From Eledone cirrhosa (Eukaryota), in assembly GCA_964016885.1 (NCBI GenBank), contig OZ024756.1, positions 25,606,001 to 25,670,000 of the forward strand: a stretch of DNA of 64,000 nucleotides. Direction: 5' to 3'. Of this stretch, positions 43,037 to 57,008 are shown piece by piece. A program made the position numbers and the translations under genes. The first letter of the stretch is position 1, and the number at the start of each line of letters is the position of its first letter. The notes below the pieces were generated by a model that searched no databases, was not told where the DNA came from, and saw only the letters and a program-made list of their open reading frames with translations.

Positions 43037-43498
43037 GTATGTTTGTTCACATTGTACTCTCCATCTTAAGGTCGTGGGTTTGATTCCTGTACTTAGGCTG
43101 TATATTGTGCTCTGAAGTAAGATACTTTATTTCACATTCCTCCTCCTACCAGGAATTGTGGTTGGCAGATGGTATCCACAATAGAAACATTGTTTCATTG
43201 AAACAATCTGACGATTGGCTCCTTTGCTTTGTTGTTGGAATAAGCTATGAATGCGGCTCTTCTGTAGCCCCAGATCAGCTCTGCTCCAGCTAACTTTATA
43301 ATACTTATATTAAAATCTTCCATCATAATTTTATGTGGTAACTTTTTTTAAAGCAATATGCCAAACATCAACTTACTAATGAAAACATTAGTTATTTTAC
43401 TAAATTCCTCTAGATTGATTATTTTCAAAATGAATTTAAGTACATTTGCAATGAGAAATATATCACAAGAGTTAATGTGTGTTGTTTGTCATTTTTAG

Positions 43499-43565
43499 AT
43501 TCTACATTAGCTTCAATGATGCAAGTCCTGCTAATATTGGTTATAATGGTACAACATTTGCCTAG
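43499..43565 (+). CDS. MIF: MIF exon 3 (67 bp, including stop)
   Basis: Acceptor ttttag; (R)FYISFNDASPANIGYNGTTFA*. The spliced CDS is 348 bp = 115 aa plus stop. Confidence 0.92.
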
Positions 43566-44520
43566 ACATGAAGTGTCGGCAGGAATGTCAGCTAGAAGTC
43601 TACGTCTTTTTAAAAGGAAAACTTCAGAGAAAGAAAAGAAGATAAAGATAGAGGTCGAGGAAGTAATCAGTGAAGTTAAAATAAACAATATGAATTATTT
43701 TCATCTTGTCTCTTATTTTATCTTTATTTTTATTTTTACTGGTTTGTCATTTGACTGTAATTGTGCTGTGGCACTGCTTTTAGTCATTAGACTGCTAGCA
43801 ATGTTGAGGCACTGTGGCCATGCTGCAGCACTGCCTTAAAGGGATTTAGACATCAGATTGTGGCCATGCTGCTGCACTGTCATGAAGGGATTTAGTCGAT
43901 CACATTGATTCAATCCGAGGAATGTTTGAGGACTCTGCCCCCATGACCCTCTCAGGAATAAGTGGGCGAAGAAGAAGACATTGATCCAAGTATTTATTAT
44001 TGTTTTTTTATGATTTTTTTTCAGCTCTTAAACAAACTTTGAATGTAAACAAATTTTTTGTCCACTTTTCACAGTCATGAGTTAGAAGGGTTGTCACAGT
44101 CTGAGAGTAGACAGATCAGTGACCAATCCTTATGTTCTATATTTGCCATGGTTTCTACATGGACACTGCCTGTGTGTGTTAATACTGAAATATTCCAAAT
44201 GAGGGATGTGAATCATCTCAATTAATCAGAATATGTTCAAGATTAATTCCTTAGGTTTTAACCCTTTCATTACCATATTTCTAATGAAAGACACTGCCTA
44301 TGATTTTCAAATAATTTTGAAATTAATTGGGGAGGTTTTAATAATACACATACAGCTAATTTCCTCATTAAGTTGGTGTTTGGAATATAACTTAGTTTCT
44401 TACATAAAATTGTGTTGTAAGATTTTTAAATAAATATAGACACTACAAAACAGAAACAGGGTTGGTTTCAGGTGGTTTGCCAACAAAAGAGTTGAAGATT
44501 ATGTCAGGGATAATTCTTAA

Positions 44521-44690
44521 CCCTTTAGCATTCACATTACTCTATATATTTTCATGGTAAAAGCTTTACCTCACATAATATCGAATCTGAGATTTTGAAA
44601 ACAATACCTTAATATCAGTTTGAGCGACCAGTTACAGCCAGTTTCAACAGAAAGGGGTAGAGAATTCTGGCCAGTTTCAACATTAAAGGG
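44521..44690. mobile_element. piggyBac-type MITE (170 bp)
   Basis: TTAA on both sides; termini CCCTTTA...TAAAGGG. Related copies at ~15564-15690 and ~57977-58185. Confidence 0.75.
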
Positions 44691-46339
44691 TTAAGGAAAA
44701 AAATAATCAACAAGTTTCAAATTTAATTTGATCTTTATTAATTTTGGCAAATAAATAAATGGTATTGAAATTAAAATAAGGAAAGCATTGTGTGTGTGTG
44801 TGTTGTATGCATGTGTCTGTTGTGTTTGTACAAAAGATAACAGATCCGCTGTCTTTCAACGATGATCATTGAGTTGTTTGATCAACTGAACGTCAAAATC
44901 ATGAATTATAATTTAAATGGTTTAGTATTCTGCAGACACATGTACCCTTATAATTAGGCAGAATCAGCATGACAAAATATGTGACAAGACTGGACCAATG
45001 TATTACAGGTACAGCCCATTCAACAGGCTTCCACACAGTTTCCATCTACCTAATTTCACTCACGAGGTTTGTGTTGGCCAAAGTCTGTGGTATAGACACT
45101 TGTCTAAGACATCTCCAGAACTCATGATTGCAAATTGAACTTTTTATCCATTCAGCCAGAGGTATGTTGTTGAGACCACAGGGTAATGGCAAACAGCTGT
45201 AGAGTGTGGTTTATCGCCGAGACAGTCAGCTGAAATGGTCAGTTTATGTCCTGTCATCAGTATTTTACTGTAAAGAGCCAGGACATTTATTTCTTCTTTT
45301 GAGGGTTCAAAAATAGCCAGTATATCAACATGAGGCTCCTGATCCCTTGAATTTTGAGACGAGCCCCAAGCAACCTCTGCTGCGTTACCTGAGCAACTGT
45401 ATATCTGATGTTAAAACCCTTGATGAGACCAGGTGACATCACAGATGATGCTTTCCAGCTGTAGCTTATAAAGGGATCTCACACACCAAAGAGTGACTGA
45501 ATGGAAGAGAGGAACCATGGGAGAGTCACCTAAACAATTTAATTCCCTAATTCTGTAGTAGGTCTACTCATACAGACATGACTAATACCAGTTAATAATT
45601 ATGTGAAAACAGTTCCAAGCCAGGTGATAGGGATGGTACCATGAGAAAACAAGCCTGATACATACTGCAAGGTGATTGGCATTAGGAAGGTCATCCATCT
45701 AGCCATACAAACCACACCAAAATGGAACATAAGAGCAAGATACAGTTGTTTGATCTGCCTGTCTAGCCTTGACATGTAAGGACCTGTTTAACTCATGCAA
45801 GCATGGAAAATGGTGATGAAGATGATGATCTCCAAATTATAAATTAAAAAAGAAAAAAAAAAAAAAAAATCCAAATATGGCTACTATTTCTAGTAGGCCA
45901 ATAGAAGCTTCCTTGTTGGCTCAGAGGCATAATAAATATAATTTAATTTGTTGGACATGGGACAGAGATATTTTTGTTTTCGTAAACAACATATAGTACA
46001 AAGAGACACATTTTAGGGGAAACTTAGAGTAGATTAAATTAATCCACAGAAAATAACTAGTATTTTATTATATTGACACTGGATTGATGATAGGGAAAGG
46101 ATTTGGAATGAGAGCATAAAGGGCTGTAACTAAATAACATATATATATATATTAGAAAAAAAACGAGGAAGTTTCGTTTACATATAAAAGATATTTTTAT
46201 TGTGTATTGACCTGTTACGCAAATTTCGCAGAGGATTGGCTCAAGGTCACACAGAGGAGTTATGGACCCAACTCCGCTATTGATCTGCTCTTCAGACTGG
46301 TGATGTGACAAAAAAAAAATATATCTTATACACATTTGT

Positions 46340-46560
46340 TACCAGTGCCATGACAAAGTTCCTACTCCAGCTCAATCTGTTCAGCATTGCCATGTGAAGT
46401 TCCCTTGATTCCAACCTGGTATCATCTTCATGGGTATCCTTCAGTGTGATGTTTGGTCTCCCAACTCATCACATGTCCAGCTAATGCAACCTTCTGTCAC
46501 TTTATGATGTCAGAAAGATGGGAATGTGAACTGTAAAGTGCTATATGTGCTTTCCAGATG
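46340..46560 (-). mobile_element. Degenerate LINE 3' fragment (RTE/RTEX-like)
   Basis: HLSDIIK*QKVALAGHV...GRPNITLKD...ELHMAMLNRLSW. Confidence 0.55.
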
Positions 46561-49500
46561 CTCTGGACTTTTCTCAACATCTTAAAAGACAAGTAAAGTG
46601 TGATTTAAGACTAAATTTGACTGCTATTTCTACCTGGTAGAGCAATGACATATGCTCTCCTGTTGTGGAGGCCCCTACAGTAGTGGTGGTCATGGATGGA
46701 GTATATGAAAGAGTCAATGTCGAAATAGAAGAATTGTCTACGAAATATTGTCTTTTTATCACAGGAAGATTTGAATAATAATGGTTTCTAGCAAAACCAG
46801 ACATTTTTATTGGGGAGGGAAAGCAGTCAATTATATCAACCCCAGTACTTGATTTTATTGATCCCAGAAGGCAAAGTTGATGGAATTTAAACTCAGAATG
46901 TAAAGGGCCATAACTAAATACTGCAAAGCATGTTGTCTGAAGCTCCAATGATTTTGCCAATATTAGTGGTTTCTAATTTAGGTACAAGGCCAGCAATGTT
47001 GGGGAGGGGGGATCAACCCTCGCACTTAACTGGTACTTTATTTCATCAACTCTGGAAGGATGAAAAGCAAGTTAAACCATGGCAGAATTTTGAATTCAGA
47101 ACAAATACTACAAGGTATTTTATCTGATGTTCTACCGATTCTGCCAATCCCAATAAAAATGTAATTTGATTTTATTCCCATCGTGGACATATTTCTAAAA
47201 CACCCCAGCTATGGTGTTGTTTAAATTAATTTTCAAAAACAAATAAAGAATTTGGAGGTATTTGGTAAAATAAAAGTTATTTTATATACCGCCAAATTCT
47301 TGATATCATTCCAGCCAAAACTGGCTCTGGTTCTATGAAATAAAGCCACCCGCTTTAAAGAGTTCCTATTTAATTCTTTTGATAACAACCTGGACAAAAC
47401 CAGTTCTGGTTCTATGATAGAAAACCACACACTGAATTCATATTTAATTTAAAATCTTTCAATATAATTTTATATATTAAGTTACTTTAGTAATAAAATA
47501 ATTAATAATTTTAGAAAATCCCTCAAAATTAATTCTTCATTAATTGAAATAAAGTGTTTGATTAGAAGTTTCTGGTTTATAAAGTGTTCATACTTACAAT
47601 AAAACTTCCCCACATAATTTTATGTAAAAGCCTTAAGTTATGCTCCCCCAAATCAGCTTATTAATAACAAATGTTAGTTATATAACTAAATTCCTCCATG
47701 TTTTTTTTTTTTATTATTTGATACACCCTGTCTTTTGTGAGAAATATGGTAATGAATGTTTTAAGGTAATAAAATCAGAATTGATGGTCTCAGGTGGGTT
47801 GGAATTGAAAGGGATAGATAAAAAACAAACAAAAAGTAGGAGTGACTGACTAAAAAACCCCACAAAAATGTGTTTTTTTCTCCTAGTAAGTTTACACAAG
47901 CCATTGTTTACTATTGTGTGAAATTAGTCTTGTTATTATAGTTCTTTAAGTGTTTTTTTACCCAGAATGCCTTGTCTAGGTGTCTCAGTCTTTGTTCTGG
48001 TGTCATTACTCTGACAGAACTGAGTGTAAAAGAAAAAAATGTTTCAACACAAATTTCCCCCCTACACATATATACATACACATATACACACAATTACCCT
48101 CAAACACACACACGTACATACATATGAGCACATATACACACAAAACAGCAACCACCATAATTGCCCGCTTACACACATGCATACACACTAACTGCTAGTT
48201 TAATTTGAGACACAATAAGGAAATTAAAGTAATTAAAAAAATACGAAACAAAAATAAAAAATATAAACAATTTAAAAAAAAAAATCTGAAACAAGTGGAA
48301 AACTTCGGAAACATTATTAGAAATGAAATGGTGGTGGGGGTGGGGGGGTATGGCTGAATCGGTAGAGCATTAGGTGAAATGTCATTGCAGTGTTTTGTTA
48401 TGGACATCCATATTCTGGTTTCAAATCCCACTGTGGTCAACTTTGTCTTTCATCCTTTCGAGGTTGATAAAATACTGGGCTCGATTTAATTGACTTTCCC
48501 CCCTCCCCTAAATTATTGGTTTCATCCCTAAAGAAGAAACCATTTCTAGAAAAGAAATACTTTATATACCAGTGTTGGTGGATAGGGGAAGATGAAGTTT
48601 TGTACTGCTTAATGAGGGAGGGGATGGTATGTGACTCTTTTCAAGGAAAAATGAAATTTACAGCTGGCCTCCAATGAGGTTGTATCTCATAGGAGGTTCC
48701 TCGGGTGTTTTAATGATAGAACACAAATGTGCTGTCTGGTGCAGCAATTGAACCCATGACCTTATGATCACAAATACAACCCCCTAACTACCAGGCTACA
48801 CATTTTGTTATTTTCCAATACTTATAACAATTTCTGAAGAGTCTCATTCTCTACTAACTGAGCCTCTGGGTGACAGATTAAGTCTACCCTGAGAATAGAC
48901 CACATTGGGATTTGAACTTGGACTGGTATTTTATTTTATTGACCCCTGATAGGGGGATTTGAACTCAGAGTACAGAGAGCAAAGTCTTTTTCCTAATCTC
49001 TACCAATTCTCTGCCGCATTAGAAGACAAACTGCAATATTTGATGTGATTCCTCAAAGAAATGTTAACAAACATGAAACAAAATAACTGTATATATTTAG
49101 TTATGGCATATCATGCCCTTATAGTTGTCACAGAATTAATATTATCATTAATTATTATTATTATTGGCAGGTTAGGGATATTAGTAGGGCGTTAGACATG
49201 CTTTGCAGCATATAGTTACGTTCCTTTACGGTCTGAGTTCAAATCCCGCCGAGGTTAGCTTTGCCTTTCATCCTTACAGGATCGATAAAATAAAGCACCA
49301 GTAATGTACTGGGGTCGATTTAATCGACTTGTCCCTTCCTCTCTAAAATTATTGGCCTTGCGCCTAAATCAGAAACCATCGTTATTATCATTACTAAAAA
49401 AAGTATATAAAAAAATACATTTGTCCAGATGTGGGTTCTTTTATCAGTAAGCCCACTGAAAAAATGCTTATGGGGGATTTTGGTGATCCCTAGAAAGCAC

Positions 49501-50126
49501 ATAATATATGGTAAGTAAGCAGAAATGAGGGATATACTCTGATATGATTTAACATGGGTTCTCAGTGGTGTGTGGGTAGGCAACTGTTTTTCTTATTTTA
49601 GCAAATTTTATGTCTTTGCTCCTACTCTCATTTCTATACAACCATGTTTGACCAGCCCCAGATGTATTGTGACCTCTTTGTTTATAATTATTCATGTGTG
49701 TGTTATATGTACACACCATTGTGGTTAATAAAGAAATCATTATTATGTAATTAGGCTTGATATCAATAAATAACTTAACTCTTCTTGCCTCAGCACATCT
49801 GGCTGATATAAAAGTTCACTCTGTTTTGACAACTGAGAAATTGGTATTAAGAATAGCAGCCAGCTGTAAAACAAAAGTGCTCAAATAATATGCAAATGTT
49901 GAAATAGGAAAATGGCAAAACATCAAACACCCTAAAAAAGACATTTCATGCATGCTAAGCAGTAGTAGCATAGACAAAAAGGTGTATGTGAAAGAGGATA
50001 TATATTTATATATGGTCCAACGTTAGCTAGACTTAACTTTGGACTAAATAAAAACATAATTCTCTACTCACAAAATTGTGTCCACTCCACACATTTGAAC
50101 ATTCTGATTGATATCTATGTGTTTGC

Positions 50127-50161
<35 letters not shown>

Positions 50162-50805
50162 TGTGTGTGTGTGTGTGTATATATACACACACACACACAA
50201 AAGCCCCCAGACCACCATGTAAGGTGATAGTGCAGGTGTCATGAAAAAAATCCTCCAGTTCACTCTGTAAAATGGTCACACTGGTTCCAAGAGAAAAAGC
50301 TCCCAGTACACACTGTAAAGTGGTTAGGATTACAAAGAGCATCCATCTGTACAAACGAAGCTCAAAGTGCCAAAGTGGAACATATGAGCGAGACATGGTC
50401 ACTTGACCTGCCTAGCTTCAAAACACGAAAGCCAGTCTTACCCAGGTAAGATGTTGAACAGAAATGATGATGATATATAATAGTGTGTGAAGAGCAGTGT
50501 ATGTATATATATTGTATTGAGTATGAAAAGCACTGTGAGTGTGTATATATTTTACACTTGTCAAATGGCTGTATAAGTATACACGGGGAGCATAATCACA
50601 TTTTTTTTTTGCAGGCAACACTGATAAGCAATAAACTGTAGAAGCAAGAAATATCCAGTTATTTCCTCAAACAAATCACTGCAAATCATAACAGAAACGT
50701 CTGGCATATGTTGGGTGAAGTGAATGCATTTGGGAAGATACAATAAATATGATTACACAAGATTCGGAACAAGAAAGTATACCAGTGAATGTGTATGTGT
50801 GTATA

Positions 50806-51163
50806 TATTATAAAAAAGAAGAGAGACGATATCCCTTATACATCTTCAGTTTATTATATTATCTGGTTATGCACATTTCAAAGACATCAACGTCATTGTG
50901 TAATAATTATTTGATGCATTGTCATCAGACAGGTATTTAGGTGCAATGTTATTTTGCTTTGATTTTGATATGCTTGTCATAGTATGGAACTTGATGTTGG
51001 CAGTCCGGCTGTAAGTGTGCATAGATATGCTCACTTATAACCTGTCTGATGACAATACATCAAATAATTTAATGAGTTTATTGTCTTTTAAATGTGCATA
51101 ACAGGATGATGTAATAAACTAAAGATGTATACGTTACACCATCTCTCTTTCTTTTTTATAATA
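50806..51163. mobile_element. Fold-back element with ~125-bp inverted arms
   Basis: 50806-50934 versus 51040-51163 (attatttgatgcattgtcatcagacaggt / acctgtctgatgacaatacatcaaataat). Confidence 0.85.
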
Positions 51164-52919
51164 CTGACACCCCATCTGATACCATATAGGTAATACCTTA
51201 TGGTACTCAGATTGTGGAGTGCTTACATCTAATTACACCACATTCAGTTGGTTGCTTGATCAACCAACACTGATAACTTGGAATAATTATATATATATAT
51301 ATATATATATATGGTATAGTCTCAATGGAGGGCCTTCTCCTTTTCAGAAGACAAAGTAGAAAAACCTGTAATAATAATAATAATAATGGTTTCTACTTTT
51401 GGCACATGGCCAGCAATTTGAAGGGAAGAGTAAAGTCGATTATATTGACTCCAGTACTTCACTGGTACTTTATTTCATTGACCCTGGAAGGATGAAAAGT
51501 AAAGTTGATCTCAGCGGGATTTGAACTCAGAGTATTATGAGCCAAAACAAATAAGTGGTATTCTTAACCGTCAATAATAATAATAACAATAATGTTTTCT
51601 GATTTAGGCACTCGGCCAGGAGGAGGAGAAAGTCGATCAAAATCGACCCCAGTGCATTACTGGTGCTTTATTTCATCAACGCCGTAAGGATGAGAGGCAA
51701 AGTTTACCTCAGTGGGATTTGAACACATACCTTAAAGAGTCATAACTCTATGCTGCAAAGCATGGCGTTCGACTCTCTACTGATACTGCCATAATAATAA
51801 TAATTCTACAAAGTCAATTAAAAAGATAAAATGCAATGACTTTGTTTAGTTTAAAGTAATAACATTAAAAAGAAAAAAAAGAAGCCACTACAATGCAGGT
51901 GAGATTGTAAATATTGAGGTAAAAAAACTGGATTTGTAGGTGCTCCAGCATGACCTTAGCCATGAAAGCTAAAATAAAATAAAATAAAATAAAATAATGG
52001 TTTCTAATTTAGGCAAAAAAGCCAGCAGTACAGCTGGGAAGGAAGGATGGAGTAGGGCTTGTGTTTAGTTTGTAAAGAATGGGAAAAATCCATAATTAAA
52101 TACTATTAAGCATTTTTGTGAGATGCTCAAAAGATTCTGACAAAAACAGAATATATATGGAAATGATTGACTAGTTCCCAGAAATCATTTACTTACCAAG
52201 TAAGGTGGAACTTGTCAAATCGGACCAAGGAAACAATGTTTCCATTGTTGATACTATCTACCGGTTGCAATGCCTGGCAGAAAGAGCAACATGAAATAAA
52301 GTATCTCGCTCAAGGACATAACAAATTGCCCAGTCTGGGAATCGAACTTGCAACCTCATGATTGTGAATCCAATTCTCTAACCACTAAGCCACTCACTTT
52401 CACTAGAACATGTATGCAACTTTGTGAGACAGTTAAAATTAGTTGTCTTGTTTTTGTTTTAGTAAGTAATCTCATTGCATATTGGATATAAAGGAATGAA
52501 ATAGGTAAAAAAAAAAAAAAAAAGGCTTGCATATATATTATTTTCTATTTCAATATTTTGGACTGCACATTTTACAACCCACCCAACAAGCATACATTCC
52601 ATTTCTCCACACATATCTGCAGTCCAGATTTGAACCTGTATTCCAGATTTTAAACATGTATTTTAAATTTTTTCCAGATACGAAGAGATTTTTCTCGTTA
52701 AACCATGACATATTGTAATGACTTAGCAGAAAATATTTAAAAACAGGTTTGTTAATTCAAATGTTTATAGAATCTTTACTGGTGAACAGACTATTGTGAA
52801 ACTTTACAGTAAACTAAAGTAAAGACTTTAATTTTTAATGTGATGCAGTTATAGTACTGTTCTGTACTTTTCGAGAATATCTTGCTAATGTGGTTTCATG
52901 CAGTACAGAACATTGAGTT

Positions 52920-53200
52920 CTTCTTTATCCACTTATTCCTGAGATAGTTGTGGAGGCAGAGTCCACAAACACTCCCGTCTCCAACTGATCCCGTTGGATC
53001 CTCAAGCATGACCAGCCAAGCTCATAGATGTTATCAAACCATTTTGCTTGGGGTTTACCCCTGGTTCTTCTCCTTGGCTGGTCTCACTTGCGGATCCAGC
53101 TAGATCAGTTGGAAACGATTGCTTCTGACAAGGACTCGCTGGAAGGAGTGTTTGAGGACTCTGCCCCCACGACACTCTCAGGAATGAGTGGGCAAAGAAG
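52920..53200. mobile_element. Two RTE LINE 3' ends in inverted, head-to-head orientation
   Basis: Both arms match the 3' end of the LINE at 61150-61320 (ggatccagct..gatcagttgga...tgtttgaggactctg...ggaataagtg..gaagaag). Confidence 0.85.
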
Positions 53201-53543
53201 ATATATATACATATATACGCACATATATATACATACATATATATACACATACATACATATATATATATATATACATACCTTTTTATATATATATATATAT
53301 ATATGGGCATACATATATATACATACCTTTATATATATATATATATGGACATACATATATATACATACCTATACATAGATATATATACACATATGTGCAT
53401 ACATATATATACATACCTATATTATATATATATATATGTGCATACATATATATACATATATATCACGATAAATTAACGGAGGCATAGGCCGTCGTTATTC
53501 CCTGTAAATAATGTGCTCAAAGGGGAAGAGATCCTGAGCCCTT

Positions 53544-53828
<285 letters not shown>

Positions 53829-54142
53829 GCACTCTGTCGGTTGAGACAATGAGTGTTCCAGTTAATTCGATCAATGCAACAACCTACTCATAAATTAATG
53901 TACAAGTGGCTGAGCATTCCACAGACACACGTACCTTTAATGTAGTTCTCAGGGAGATTCAGCGTGATACAGAATGTGACAAGGCTAGTCCTTCGAATTA
54001 CAAGTACAACTCATTTTGCCAGCTGAGTGGACTGGAGCAACGTGAAATAAAGTGTCTTGCTCAAGGACACAACACGTCACCGGGAAGCAAACTCTCGACA
54101 TTACAATTGTAAGCCAAATACCCTAACAACAAAGCCACGCGT

Positions 54143-54180
<38 letters not shown>

Positions 54181-54226
54181 TCATACATACATATGTGTGA
54201 GTGTGTGTGTTTCTATATCTATATAT

Positions 54227-54342
54227 ATAGGAAAATGTATTACCCTGACGGCAGAGCTCAAGCCATTTCGACAGCTATTTCAGTCCAGAAATAGTCGTTG
54301 AAACGGCTTGAGCTCTGCCGTCGGGGTCATATATTTTCCTAT
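54227..54342. repeat. Hairpin element (~55-bp stem, 6-nt loop); a half copy lies at 6076-6137
   Basis: gacggcagagctcaagcc...tttc agtcca gaaa...ggcttgagctctgccgtc. Confidence 0.9.
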
Positions 54343-55227
54343 TACCCACTCTACTACCCTAAGTATTGAGTACTCTGGTGCGTTATGGTCCATCTGGTTC
54401 CTTACCACAACTCCTTCGTTATATATATATATATAGAAAAGAAAATCTAATGTTATTTGTACAACATGGCCATGATGTTTCAGTAAAGTGTGTTTTTGCT
54501 AAGCTTCAAGGAAATCTCAATAGAAGCTTAGTGAACATAAGTTGCGTGTAAACATGCTGGTCATGTGTTAAAAATATGAATAAATCTCCTTATTCATTAT
54601 TCTATGATAGCAATGGAGTTCTTTTATGGCTTTTACATTTACCAGATCATAACCCAATATATATGTGTGTGTGTGTGTATATGTTCCCTAATTATTATTA
54701 TTATATATATATATATACATATTAAAAACAACATTTAGGGATAGTTTGTCATTTAACACTGAATTGCCAAGCCATCCTCAAATCAAATCTGTCCTCTATT
54801 TTCTATTCTCTGTAATCCTGTTATTTTATATAACTAATTCTGCAACCAACACCTGATGAAATTATCTAATTCTCACATCATGATCAAATGATGTAGCTGG
54901 GCCATTGAAATATGTATAGCATTTTCGCAGAATTAAAATTCTAAGGAAAATTTCCAGTCCAGCCTTCTGTTGTTTTTAATGAATGTTTAACTTCGTTCCT
55001 ACACCACACGTGCGATAGATAATTTGCATAATGTCGAGTGCCTTAATTTATTGCATCATCATTTACAAACTGCAATCACCAGTTCTACACATTGGTAAAC
55101 AACCTAACATAAATGGTATATATATATATATATATATTGGTTTTCCAATGCACTGTTGTAGTTTTCTAGAAATACTCTCAAAAATATGCAAGTATGTATA
55201 TAAGTGTGTGTGTGTGTGTATCATCAT

Positions 55228-55267
<40 letters not shown>

Positions 55268-55864
55268 CTTTAATAATAATAAGTGTTGCTATTATTGGGT
55301 ATAAACTTAACCAGAGCTGATATATATCTTTGGTGTTTCTTATTCTTTATATATTCTATATATATATATAAATACATACACCCCTATACATACATACACA
55401 CACATGTATGTATGCTATTTTGAGAAAAAAATCTTTTTTTAAAAGTAGAAAATGTGAATTAAACTGTAGCAGTGTGATTGGTGGGGATGGGAACCAGTGA
55501 TAGGTGTGGTTGTGAATCAGTGTGGTAAGTGTGGTTTGGTTTGGTTTGGGAGGGTATTCAGAGTGGTATATCTGGTGGCAGGGATTGAAACAACAGTAAA
55601 ATATATCCAGAGTATAGAAACAGATAAAAGATCTTTAAGTGAAGTTGTAAAACAACAAGTGGGGTTTTGTTTGAGTATCTGTTAACAAATGATGATATTT
55701 GTGGATATTTTGGACATTTTACATAAAAAAAATAAAAGACAGCAAAAAAAACATAAATAAATAAAAGGAAACATTGGTCATATCGTACTTCTGGATGTAT
55801 AAATAATTTAAATATTATATTAAATTAAAATTTAAAACAACATATATATATATATATATATCAT

Positions 55865-56280
55865 AATAGTTTCTAATTTAGGCACAAGGCCAGCAGTTTG
55901 GGAGGGAAGAAAATCAGTTATATCGACCCCAGTAAATAACTGGTACTTCATTTTATCAACCATGGAAGGATGAAAGGCAAAGATGACTTCGGCAGGATTT
56001 GAACTCAGAATGTAAGGAGCCAGAATGAATGCCGCAAAGCATTTTGTCTAACACTCTAACAATTCTGCTAATCCACCACCCTTGTCTATAATTTTGGTGG
56101 GGGAGGCAAAGTCGATTACATCGACCCCCAGTACGTGACTGGTACTTTATTTTATCGACCTCAGAAGGATGAAAGGCAAATTTGACCTCGGTGGGGTTTG
56201 ACCATAGAATGTAACAACCCAGAACCAATACTGAAAAGCATTTAGTCTGACTTGCTAACAATTCTGCCAATCCACCGCCT
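55865..56280 (-). mobile_element. Tandem copies of the second SINE family just after the KCTD stop codon
   Basis: Two copies of atcgaccccagt...ctggtactt...ggaaggatgaaaggcaaa...tttga..cagaatgtaa. Confidence 0.8.
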
Positions 56281-56345
56281 TTATAGAATAATAATAATAA
56301 TAATAATTAATAATAATAGAATAATTACAGACTAATAACGTGTCA

Positions 56346-57006
56346 TTATTGTTGGTTGTCTTGGTTCCAATCTAGGAAACCAACAGTACGACCAGGAGGG
56401 AGGGCTTTACACGTCATACAGTTCGCTCGCAGCTTCTGAATGCAGTAGGCAGGTATGTGCCACTTGTCCATAATCAAAATGGTTTGCATATTGTTCGTTT
56501 CAGTGCTGTTAGTGTACGACGCCGACGACGAAACAAGCCGTGCTCCATGAGCACGTAGCAGCTCCCCGATCTCGACCCGCGTCAGGTAATAGATGTCCTG
56601 CAATTCGAAGCATCCTTTCCCCAGGTACCAGATGTGACCAGTGGTACTCTTGTGTGGGTGGTAGTCGGTCTGCTTCACCTTCTCCACAAGACACTGCAGT
56701 ACACCATAGTCATCTGGATTCAGGGGTAATACTTTCACGATATCAATGTGTCCAATGAGCTGGAGATTCTTAAAGTTAGCTTGTACACCATTGTGTTCCA
56801 AAACGTCGAGGAAATAGCCATCGGAATCGCAGCAAGTCGGCAACATCTTTACCATGTTTTCTTCATGCCGCCGAGTAATTTCGAGACCTATTTCATCTTT
56901 CAGGCTTGGAATTTGGTAAAAGTCTACTTCATCGCTAAGTTGCTGCAATTCTACCAGACTGTCTGGCAAATGAATTTTACTGGTGCGAAGAAAATTTAAA
57001 ATATAC
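56346..57006 (-). CDS. BTB/POZ (KCTD6/KCTD21-like) protein, last coding exon
   Basis: Acceptor ctcctttccag|G; (R)YILNFLRTSKIHLPDSLVELQQLSDEVDFYQIPSL... ending at TAA; the phase matches the upstream exon. Confidence 0.88.
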
Positions 57007-57008
57007 CT

